A DNA stretch of 20,000 bases from Actinomycetota bacterium. Its GTDB lineage: Bacteria; Actinomycetota; Acidimicrobiia; Spongiisociales; UBA4744. The number at the start of each line of letters is the position of its first letter. Position 1 is the stretch's first letter. The notes under the pieces are model-generated. The model was not told the DNA's origin, searched no databases, and was given only the letters and a program-made list of their open reading frames with translations. Of the stretch, positions 11,164-18,683 are shown piece after piece. Location of the stretch: assembly GCA_013152275.1 (NCBI GenBank), contig JAADGS010000070.1, positions 56,623 through 76,622 on the forward strand, read 5' to 3'. The translations under genes and the position numbers were made by a program.

Positions 11164-12278
11164 CGCAGGCCCTCGATCGCCTCGAGGACCGCCACCGCGG
11201 CCGCGTCCCCGTCGTCGGGGGTCGTCGTCCATCCGAAGCTGAACCGCAGGCACTCCCTCGCCCGGGTACTCGAGAACCCCATCGCCTTCAACACGTGGCT
11301 CATGTCGGCAGCTCCGCTCTGGCACGCCGAGCCTGCCGATGCGGCCACACCCTCGCGATCGAGGCGAATCAGGACCGTGTCGTTGCGGACACCCGGGATC
11401 CGAACGTGCGAGTGCTGGATCAACCGTCCATCCAACGGTGCGTTGATCTCGAGGCCTTCGATCCCGTCGATCAGTCGCGTTTCGAAGCGATGTCGGGCCT
11501 CGCCGACGTCGCTCCGGAATCGTTCCCTGTCGGCGACTGCGGCCTCCATCGCTGCGGCCATCCCGGCGATCCCTGCCACGTTCTGCGTTCCCGATCGCAG
11601 ACCCGCCTCCTGTCCGCCACCGTGGAGCAGCGGTTCCAGTTGGGTACCACCGCGCACGTACAGCAAACCGACACCTTTCGGACCGCCAAACTTGTGCGCT
11701 GCGAGGGTCAGTAGATCGACGCCCAGCGCGTCGACGTCGACAGGCTCGGATGCGAAGACCTGCACGGCGTCCGTATGCACGATGGCGCCCGGCGACACCC
11801 TCTTGACCGCTGCGACGATGTCGCCGACCGGTTCGACGACTCCCGTCTCGTTGTTCGCAGCCATGATCGAGACGATCGAAGACCCTTGCGCCGTCGCCGC
11901 GGCCACTCGTTCCGGATCGACTCTCCCGAGTCGATCCACCCCGATCACCTCCACTCGATGACCCATTCGGCTCAGAAAGGCCGCACTCTCGAGCACGGCG
12001 TCGTGCTCGACCGCAGAGGTCACCACCGAGGCTCCCGAGGCGATTGCCGAACCGACGACGGCGAGGTTATCCGCCTCGGTTCCGCCGCCGGTGAAGACGA
12101 TCTCGCTCGGACGCGCCCCGATCAGCCCCGCTGCGCGTTCCCTGGCGTCCTCGAGGAGATCTTTGGCCTTTCGCGCGACACCATGGATCCCCGACGGGTT
12201 CCCGAAGCCGACGGAACGCATCGCCGCGAGCGCCTCGGGACGAAACGGCGTCGTTGCAGCATGGTCGAGGTAGAGCAT
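11160..12278 (-). CDS. iscS: Cysteine desulfurase (IscS/NifS class I)
   Basis: YLDHAATT, GNPSGIH, FTGGGTEADN, EHDAV, ANNETG, HTDAVQ, AHKFGGPKG, RSGTQN, SAGSAC catalytic Cys. Confidence 0.92.
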   Translation of the reverse strand: MLYLDHAATTPFRPEALAAMRSVGFGNPSGIHGVARKAKDLLEDARERAAGLIGARPSEIVFTGGGTEADNLAVVGSAIASGASVVTSAVEHDAVLESAAFLSRMGHRVEVIGVDRLGRVDPERVAAATAQGSSIVSIMAANNETGVVEPVGDIVAAVKRVSPGAIVHTDAVQVFASEPVDVDALGVDLLTLAAHKFGGPKGVGLLYVRGGTQLEPLLHGGGQEAGLRSGTQNVAGIAGMAAAMEAAVADRERFRSDVGEARHRFETRLIDGIEGLEINAPLDGRLIQHSHVRIPGVRNDTVLIRLDREGVAASAGSACQSGAADMSHVLKAMGFSSTRARECLRFSFGWTTTPDDGDAAAVAVLEAIEGLR

Positions 12279-12306
12279 TCCCGGATTGTCCCACGATTCG
12301 TCGGTT

Positions 12307-13008
12307 TCAGAGACCGTCGATCAAGATGTCGGTGCCCGTTCGCTCGTCACCGGGTACTCGCGACATGGCCGCCCAGATGGCGATGACGGCATTCCCCACC
12401 TGCTCGAGATCGAACGCTTCGGGGTCGATCGCATGTTGCAGAGTGGCGCCTTCGACCAGCGCGATCATCATCGATGCGGCCAGGTCGTTGGTGAAGGGTG
12501 GGCGGAACTCACGTCCTGCGGCTTCAAGAAAGCCCTCGAGAAGCATCTGCAATCCTTCGCGCGTTTCCCGATAACCGACGCGAAGGTCGTCGACCACCTC
12601 TTTGCGGTTCTTGGCGAGCGCCCACAGATACAGTTGCATCGCGAATGCCGGATCGTGGATGTTCGCCTCGATCGTCCGCTTGATCGTCTCGATGGCCATC
12701 TCGGCAGGACCGACGGAACCGATCTCCGCCAGGGATTCTGCAACGCCCAGCATCGCCTGCGATCGGGAGATGGACAACGCGTACTCGAGGAAGTCGGCCA
12801 TGAAGGCTTCCCTGTCGAGCCAACGGTTGTAGAACGCTCCGGTTGTCAATCCGGCGTGGCGCGAAATCCGAGCGGCGGTGAGCTGATCGAACACACGCGG
12901 GCTCGCCTTGATCGCTCGACCGTCCTCCTCGCCCGAGAACGACGCGATGACCAGATCCCAGGCGGCAGCCAGCAACCGCTCCTTGGAATCCACGACTTCG
13001 CTCAACAT
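12307..13008 (-). CDS. TetR/AcrR-family transcriptional regulator
   Basis: KERLLAAAWDL...LTAARISRHAGLTTGAFYNRW.DRE HTH; helical C-terminus ending IALVEGATLQHAIDP. Start placed at ATG 13008. Confidence 0.8.
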   Translation of the reverse strand: MLSEVVDSKERLLAAAWDLVIASFSGEEDGRAIKASPRVFDQLTAARISRHAGLTTGAFYNRWLDREAFMADFLEYALSISRSQAMLGVAESLAEIGSVGPAEMAIETIKRTIEANIHDPAFAMQLYLWALAKNRKEVVDDLRVGYRETREGLQMLLEGFLEAAGREFRPPFTNDLAASMMIALVEGATLQHAIDPEAFDLEQVGNAVIAIWAAMSRVPGDERTGTDILIDGL

Positions 13009-13015
13009 CAAGGCC

Positions 13016-13021
13016 AGCCTA
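13016..13021 (-). promoter_or_regulatory. Putative -10 element (TAGGCT) for the leaderless TetR gene
   Basis: TANNNT 7 nt before ATG 13008. Confidence 0.6.
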
Positions 13022-13033
13022 CCTGATCCGACG

Positions 13034-13062
13034 TTGAAACGCACTGTTGTATCTGATACTAT
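13034..13062 (+). promoter_or_regulatory. Near-consensus housekeeping-sigma promoter with overlapping palindrome
   Basis: TTGAAA (13034-13039), 17-nt spacer, TACTAT (13057-13062); palindrome GTATC-T-GATAC at 13049-13059; locally AT-rich. Confidence 0.65.
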
Positions 13063-13068
13063 TCTCCT

Positions 13069-13178
13069 CTGCGAAGAGAGGTAGGGTACCCGGACCAGGG
13101 ACGGGGACCGCGGCGGCCCCAAAGGGCCGTCGCGGCGCGTCGGGGCGGCTTCTACCCCATCGGCCTCGGTTCGTCCCT
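13069..13178 (+). ncRNA. Candidate structured small RNA (unassigned)
   Basis: Follows the orphan promoter; no start codon with an RBS. 12-bp hairpin at 13108-13135, second hairpin at ~13139-13164, closing stem AGGGACG/CGTCCCT. The imperfect pairs are G-U on the + strand. Confidence 0.4.
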
Positions 13179-13939
13179 CACTCCCCCACGAACGCTGCGG
13201 TGCGCTTGGCCAGGAATGCCTGCACCCCTTCGCGAGCATCTGCGCTCCGGAAGGCTTCGGCAAAACCTTCGCGCTCGACGGCGAGCCCTTCCTCGAGAGG
13301 AAGTCGCAGTCCCTCGTTGAGCGCCCGCTTCGCGGCGCCGTAGGCGACGGTCGGGCCGGTTGCCCACGTGTGGGCATCTTCGAGCGCAGCCTCGAACACG
13401 TCGTCGACGACACGGTCGGCGATCCCGAGGGCCAGCGCCTCGTCTGCGGACACGTACCGACCGCCGAAGATCAGCTCCTTCGCCTTCTGTTGACCGATCA
13501 GGCGGGCGAGTCGCTGCGTCCCACCGGCACCAGGGATGATCCCCAGCAGGATCTCGGGCTGGCCGACCCTTGCGTCGGCGGAGAGATAGCGGAAGTCCGC
13601 TCCCATCGCGAGCTCGAGGCCTCCCCCCAGCGCGAAGCCGCGGACGGCGGCGATCGTCGGTTTGGCGAGTCGCTCGAATGCCAAGACGACGCCACCGAGA
13701 TCGGAGGCCAGATTGTCTTGCGCACCGGCCTCGAACGCAGCCTGGAACTCCTTGATATCGGCGCCGGCGGCGAAATGTGGTTCGCCGGTGATGACAACTG
13801 CTCGGATAGAGGGGTCGGCGGCGGCGGCGAACGCCTCCGCCAACTCTTCGGCAACGGCCGCAGACAGGGCGTTGACGGGCGGTCGATTCAGCCGGACCAC
13901 GGCCACGGAACCATCGATGGTGTACTCGACGAACTGCAC
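13178..13939 (-). CDS. Enoyl-CoA hydratase/isomerase (crotonase)
   Basis: LNRPPVNAL, FAAGADIKEF, GFALGGGLELAM, GQPEILLGIIPGAGGTQRL (both catalytic Glu present); GTG start with GGAGG. Confidence 0.92.
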   Translation of the reverse strand: MQFVEYTIDGSVAVVRLNRPPVNALSAAVAEELAEAFAAAADPSIRAVVITGEPHFAAGADIKEFQAAFEAGAQDNLASDLGGVVLAFERLAKPTIAAVRGFALGGGLELAMGADFRYLSADARVGQPEILLGIIPGAGGTQRLARLIGQQKAKELIFGGRYVSADEALALGIADRVVDDVFEAALEDAHTWATGPTVAYGAAKRALNEGLRLPLEEGLAVEREGFAEAFRSADAREGVQAFLAKRTAAFVGE

Positions 13940-13999
13940 GGAAGTCTCCTCCGACGACGTTTCTCCGAGCGTAGTGCGCGAGGGACCGATGACCGCCGG

Positions 14000-14929
14000 C
14001 TAGCCGTCCAACATCTCCCTGGCGGCGGTCCACGGATCGACCTCGCGCCGGATCACCTCGGCTGCAATCCTCGAAAAGCGGCCGTCTCCTGCTTCCACCT
14101 CGGCCCTACGGGTCAACTCGGACGCGAGCGCCCGCTTCAGCTCCCCTCTGAGCCTGGCTGCGCGACGTTCCGACAGGTCTCCGTTCTCCTCCAGAAAAGC
14201 TCGATGCTTTCGCACCGCATCCCAGACGGCATCGATTCCCTCCCCTGTCGTGGCCACGGTCGCCAGCACAGGCGGACGCCACCGCCGATCCCCTCCAAGA
14301 TCGAGCATCTGGTTGAGATCTCGGATCGTTTCGGAGACACCGGGACGATCTGCCTTGTTGACGATGAAGAGGTCGCCGATCTCCAGGAGGCCCGCTTTGT
14401 TGGCTTGGATGCTGTCGCCCCAACCCGGGTTGAGAACGACGATCGTGGTGTCTGCACTCTCCACGATCTCGACCTCTGCCTGCCCGACACCGACGGTCTC
14501 GACGAATATGTACGGAAACCCGATGGCGTCGAGGATCAGGATTCCCTTCGGGGTGGCCTCCGACACTCCGCCAAGATGCCCGCGGCTGCCCATCGATCGA
14601 ATGTAGACGCCCACGTCGGAGGCATGCTCCTGCATACGGATCCTGTCGCCCAGTATCGCTCCCCCGGTGAACGGGCTCGATGGGTCGACCGCCACGACCG
14701 CGACCTGATGACCCTCGCTGCGAACGCGGTCGATCAGCAACGATGTGAGTGTCGACTTGCCTGAGCCCGGAGCGCCGGTGAGTCCGAGAACGTATGCATT
14801 CCCCGACCGGGGGAACAGCTCGGCGAGCACCTGCGCCGCGTCGGGACGATCGTCCTCGACGAGGCTGATCAGACGCGCGAGGGAACGTCGATCACCTTCG
14901 AGTGCGGCCACGACCAGGGAATGGGGCAT
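14000..14929 (-). CDS. meaB: Methylmalonyl-CoA mutase-associated GTPase (MeaB/ArgK)
   Basis: GLTGAPGSGKST, AVDPSSPFTGGAILGDRIRM, IRSMGSRGHLGG, ETVGVGQ, NKAD. Confidence 0.93.
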   Translation of the reverse strand: MPHSLVVAALEGDRRSLARLISLVEDDRPDAAQVLAELFPRSGNAYVLGLTGAPGSGKSTLTSLLIDRVRSEGHQVAVVAVDPSSPFTGGAILGDRIRMQEHASDVGVYIRSMGSRGHLGGVSEATPKGILILDAIGFPYIFVETVGVGQAEVEIVESADTTIVVLNPGWGDSIQANKAGLLEIGDLFIVNKADRPGVSETIRDLNQMLDLGGDRRWRPPVLATVATTGEGIDAVWDAVRKHRAFLEENGDLSERRAARLRGELKRALASELTRRAEVEAGDGRFSRIAAEVIRREVDPWTAAREMLDG

Positions 14930-14976
14930 ACGCAGGAGTCTGGATTCTCCCAGAGCTCAGCGCAAGTCATTGCCGA

Positions 14977-15231
14977 TCAGATCGCGTTGACTTCTTCCAC
15001 GCCGGGCACTCGATCGGTCAGGATTCGCTCGATGCCCGCCTTGAGCGTCATGGTCGACAGCGGACACCCGCCACATGCTCCGACGAGCTGTAGGTTGACG
15101 GTGCCGCCTTCGACGCCGAGAAGGATCAGGTCGCCGCCGTCGGCCTGAAGGGCGGGACGAATGTACTCGAGTGTCGCTTCCAGCGTCTCGAGATCGATTT
15201 CACTGTTCGCTGTTGTTTCGTGCGCGGTCAT
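14977..15231 (-). CDS. NifU C-terminal (Nfu) domain Fe-S carrier protein
   Basis: IRPALQADGGD...LVGACGGCPLSTMTLKAGIERIL, CxxC motif; 84 aa. Confidence 0.92.
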   Translation of the reverse strand: MTAHETTANSEIDLETLEATLEYIRPALQADGGDLILLGVEGGTVNLQLVGACGGCPLSTMTLKAGIERILTDRVPGVEEVNAI

Positions 15232-15285
15232 GTGGGCAGCAGTGTACCGGCACCAAAGCCCTACAAAACTACGATCGGCACTGCG

Positions 15286-16854
15286 TCAGTCCGTGAGTAC
15301 TGCGGTCAGGAACACCGTCGCGGAGCCTTCGGTGTTGCGGGCCTCGACCATCAATCGGTACGGACCGGGCGCGGCGACCTCCCCGGTGGCGGCACCATCC
15401 CAGATCAGCGACACCGGCCCTGCCTCGCGCGTCTTCCATGGAGTCTCGGTGACCACCTGCGCCCCCCGGAAGACGACGAGGCGAACCCGAGCCGGGGCCG
15501 TGACGGTCACCGACACCAGTAGAGACCTCCCGGTGGTGCCCGTGATCATCTCCGGCACGTCGCGAAGCGTCGGCGGCAGGCCGAAACCCTCCGGCGGTAT
15601 CAGCATGACACCGCCCTCGTAAGTAAACCGCCACGACCCGATCGCGTCGGCGGCGATCGTCTGTCCATCGACGACGACGCTCACCGGCCCATCTGCCGAG
15701 ATCCGCAGTGTCTGCTCCTTCCAGTCGAGACCGACGGTGATCGCTTCGGGCAAGAGGTCGTCCGCCGCCTCCGGAGCGAGGCCGGTGTAGTAGTGAGAGA
15801 GAATCTGACCGTAGTCCTTGCCTGCCTCGGCCATCGCCTTGGCCCCGTACTGGCTCATGCCCACCATGTGACCCCATCCATGCCCCTCGAACTCGTAGAC
15901 CGGATACACGTCGATGTACCCCGAGCGGAACGAGTCGGGAAAGTGCCACTGCTTGCGAACGTCGAAGGTCGGGGACAGCACCGTCTGCGGATACGGTCCG
16001 CCGTCGGGTCGAGACGCGGGGAAGATGTCGGGGTGTGCGCGTGGCCCCCACCGGTTCATCACACCGCGAAACTCCGTGGCCGTCATCCGGGTCGTTCCTC
16101 CGGTACTGCGGATCTCGACCTTCCACGGACCACCACCGTCTTCGGTTTCGGTGACCACGACGTCGACCAGCACCCCGTCGATGAGGCCGGCGTCTCTCAG
16201 AACATCTTCGAGAATGCTGCCGCGCACCTCGTAGCGCCAATCGGCAAACGCAGACTCCTCTCCCGGCGACGGGACCGCACGAAGGTAGGGGATCGGCGAC
16301 CGTCCTGCGTAGACGTCTTCATAGTTCCTGGTTCTGCCCCCGGTCGTCGAGCTGTACATCGCAAGCGCCGGCCTGCCTTTGTAGAGAAGCAGTTGACCGC
16401 TCGTCGACTCGACGGCGGCTTCCCAGCGTTTCCCCGCGGCCGAGGCGACCTGGTCGAGCCCTCCGTACACCTGACACGCCGAGGAGGCGCAGATGTCGAA
16501 CCCGTAGGTCTTCCCGGAACCGGCTCGACCTCTCCTCAGTGTCCAGGCCAGATACGTGCGGGCGGCGACCGCCTGTGCCTGCAGCGCAGCTTCAGGCCAC
16601 GAAAACGGCACCTCCTGAATCCCGAGCAGATAGTCGTCGACGCCCACATGGTCCAGCAGGACGAGGCCATCGGAAGCAGACGTCACCTCGAGAGAGCCCG
16701 CATAGTGGCGGCCGTTCCATGAAAGCGTCACGCCGTCGCCCGGTACGATCGTCACCGAGCGGTACGGACCGCTGGTCGTCGTCTCCTGAGCCGCGGCCGG
16801 CGGCACCATCATGACGATCAGCAGCAGTGCCGATACGGCCGAGATGCTACGCAC
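15286..16854 (-). CDS. Secreted SpoIID/LytB-domain protein with C-terminal FlgD-like Ig domain
   Basis: Signal peptide (LLLIVMMVPPAAA/QE); DDYLLGIQEVPFSWPEAALQAQAVAARTY, DICASSACQVYGG, YSSTTGGRT, PYLRAVP, GHGWGHMVGMSQYGA, ILSHYY; C-terminal LIWDG...APGPYRLMVEA. GTG 16854 overlaps the murA stop. Confidence 0.85.
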   Translation of the reverse strand: MRSISAVSALLLIVMMVPPAAAQETTTSGPYRSVTIVPGDGVTLSWNGRHYAGSLEVTSASDGLVLLDHVGVDDYLLGIQEVPFSWPEAALQAQAVAARTYLAWTLRRGRAGSGKTYGFDICASSACQVYGGLDQVASAAGKRWEAAVESTSGQLLLYKGRPALAMYSSTTGGRTRNYEDVYAGRSPIPYLRAVPSPGEESAFADWRYEVRGSILEDVLRDAGLIDGVLVDVVVTETEDGGGPWKVEIRSTGGTTRMTATEFRGVMNRWGPRAHPDIFPASRPDGGPYPQTVLSPTFDVRKQWHFPDSFRSGYIDVYPVYEFEGHGWGHMVGMSQYGAKAMAEAGKDYGQILSHYYTGLAPEAADDLLPEAITVGLDWKEQTLRISADGPVSVVVDGQTIAADAIGSWRFTYEGGVMLIPPEGFGLPPTLRDVPEMITGTTGRSLLVSVTVTAPARVRLVVFRGAQVVTETPWKTREAGPVSLIWDGAATGEVAAPGPYRLMVEARNTEGSATVFLTAVLTD

Positions 16855-18097
16855 GATGAATATCGGCTCCGAGTGCCGAAAGCTCCTCGACGAAACCCTC
16901 GTACCCGCGATCGATATGAAATACGTCGCCGATCGTCGTTTGCCCCTCGGCTCGAAGTCCCGCGAGCACGAGGGCGGCTCCGGCACGGATATCGGGAGCG
17001 ATGACCGGACAGCCGGAGAGACGATCGACGCCTCGGATCACGGCATGCTGCCATTCGACGGTGATGTCGGCGCCCATGCGCATGAGTTCGCCCACATAGC
17101 GGAACCGGGCGTCGTAGAGGTTCTCGGTCACGACCGAGCTGCCCGCGGCGACGCTCAACAGCGCGACCATCTGCGGCTGCATGTCCGTATGGAATCCGGG
17201 GAAGGGAAGCGTCGCGAAGTCGACGGCTCGAGGACGTTCCGGTCCCACGACCCGAATCCAGTCGTCGCCGACGTCGACATCGCAACCCGCGGTGTCGAGC
17301 TTGCGCAGTTCCATCCGCAAATGCTCCGGTACGCAGCCTTCGACGCGCACGTCCCCGCCGGTGATCGCCCCCGCCACGGCGTACGTGCCCGCCGCGATCC
17401 GGTCCGGGATCACCTCGTGGCGCACCGGATGCAGCTCCTGGACCCCTTTGATCTGCAGGGTGGAGGTCCCTGCTCCTTCGATGATCGCCCCCATCTCCGT
17501 CAACTGGGTGCAGAGGTCCTGGATCTCCGGTTCGCGGGCGGCGTTGCGGATGACCGTTTCACCGTCGGCGAGCACCGCTGCGAGCAGCAGGTTCTCCGAT
17601 GCCCCCACACTCGGGAACTCGAGGCCGATCTCGGCTCCTCGGAGCCGCCCCACCACGCTCGCTTCGAGCACTCCATGTTCGAGCTCGAAGCACACGCCCA
17701 TCTTCTCGAGTCCCGAGAGATGCATGTCGATCGGTCGCGCTCCAAGATCATCTCCACCGGGAAACGCCACACACGCCCGGCCGCTCCTTGCCAGCAGGGG
17801 ACCCATCACGACGATCGAAGCCCGCATCTTTCGGACGAGGTCGAGAGGGGCCTCGGGCACGAGCTGCGCCGTGGTGTCCATCGTGAGCGTCCGGCCCCTG
17901 AACACACAAGAGACACCGATGTGCTCGAGCACTTCCGCCATCAGCTCGACGTCGACGATCTTCGGCACGTTCACGAGCTCGTGCATCCCGGGTGCGAGGA
18001 TCGCCGAGACCATTTCTTTGAGGATGGCGTTCTTCGCGCCGTGAACGTTTACGGTTCCGTGGAGGGGAACGCCCCCGGTGACGCTGATACTGTCCAT
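16847..18097 (-). CDS. murA: UDP-N-acetylglucosamine enolpyruvyl transferase
   Basis: GAKNA, KMRASI..MGPLLAR, PGGDDLGARPIDMH, SVGASEN, NAAREPEI, PDRI.AGT, PFPGFHTDMQ, DIRAGAAL, HIDRGY. Start placed at ATG 18097. Confidence 0.97.
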   Translation of the reverse strand: MDSISVTGGVPLHGTVNVHGAKNAILKEMVSAILAPGMHELVNVPKIVDVELMAEVLEHIGVSCVFRGRTLTMDTTAQLVPEAPLDLVRKMRASIVVMGPLLARSGRACVAFPGGDDLGARPIDMHLSGLEKMGVCFELEHGVLEASVVGRLRGAEIGLEFPSVGASENLLLAAVLADGETVIRNAAREPEIQDLCTQLTEMGAIIEGAGTSTLQIKGVQELHPVRHEVIPDRIAAGTYAVAGAITGGDVRVEGCVPEHLRMELRKLDTAGCDVDVGDDWIRVVGPERPRAVDFATLPFPGFHTDMQPQMVALLSVAAGSSVVTENLYDARFRYVGELMRMGADITVEWQHAVIRGVDRLSGCPVIAPDIRAGAALVLAGLRAEGQTTIGDVFHIDRGYEGFVEELSALGADIHRA

Positions 18098-18104
18098 CGT
18101 CTGC

Positions 18105-18120
18105 ATTGTACGGGTAGCCT
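18105..18120. promoter_or_regulatory. Back-to-back divergent -10 elements for murA and rpiB
   Basis: TACAAT on the minus strand (18110-18105), 7 nt before the murA ATG; TAGCCT on the plus strand (18115-18120), upstream of the rpiB GGAGG RBS. Confidence 0.6.
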
Positions 18121-18141
18121 TGGTGCGAACCGGAGGAATCA

Positions 18142-18603
18142 ATGCGCATCGCAATCGGAGCAGATCACGCCGGGTACGTGATGAAGGAGCATTTCGGACG
18201 CCTGCTCTCGGAAGCCGGGCATGCCGTCGTCGACGTTGGCACCTACTCCGAGGATCCCGTCGACTATCCCGACTACGCGGCGGCGGTGGGCCGCACGGTT
18301 CGGGAGGGGAGAGCCGATCGTGGCGTCGTCGTCTGCGGATCGGGCGCGGGTGCGGCGATCGCGGCGAACAAACTGCACGGAATCAGGGCAGCGCTCTGTC
18401 ACGACACGTACACCGCCCACCAGTCGGTCGAGCACGACGACGCCAACGTCCTGGCCGTGGGGAGCAGGGTCATCGGCCCCTCACTCGCAGACGAGATCGT
18501 GATGACATTCATCGATGCACGTTTCGATGGCGAGGAACGGCACGTCCGCCGGCTGAACAAAGTGATTGCGCTCGAAGCGCAAAGCCAGGTGGCCGGCGCC
18601 TGA
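18142..18603 (+). CDS. rpiB: Ribose-5-phosphate isomerase B
   Basis: IAIGADHAG, VDYPDY, VCGSGAG..IAANK..GIRAA, EHDDANVL..GSRVIG, RH.RR; GGAGG RBS. Confidence 0.95.
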   Translation: MRIAIGADHAGYVMKEHFGRLLSEAGHAVVDVGTYSEDPVDYPDYAAAVGRTVREGRADRGVVVCGSGAGAAIAANKLHGIRAALCHDTYTAHQSVEHDDANVLAVGSRVIGPSLADEIVMTFIDARFDGEERHVRRLNKVIALEAQSQVAGA

Positions 18604-18683
18604 AACCGCCGAGGTTCCACGCACCAGAGCTTGTTCCTCGAAAGTCGATAGGCTCTGCACGAGCACACGCGGGGACGGTGACG

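Noticed and set aside
13097..13178. Assigning the structured segment as a tRNA, 6C RNA or known riboswitch
   Set aside because: No T-loop, anticodon arm or CCA end, no C-rich twin loops, and no riboswitch consensus I recognise; left unassigned.
13009..13413. Long ORF-track N-termini for TetR (similarly dapC, mnmA, spoIID, murA, dodecin)
   Set aside because: Most overlap neighbouring genes and none shows family similarity; better starts exist with an RBS, translational coupling or a leaderless -10.
16860..16867. GCCGATAT on the minus strand just before the spoIID GTG, as a second sigma28 promoter
   Set aside because: It encodes the conserved MurA C-terminal LGADI motif and has no TCAAG/TAAA at the correct spacing.
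18078..18683. 202-aa N-terminal extension on Pgl overlapping rpiB (possible frameshift fusion)
   Set aside because: The extension is Arg/Gly-rich off-frame sequence; rpiB has its own stop, no slippery site was seen, and a TAGGCT -10 candidate lies upstream of ATG 18684.
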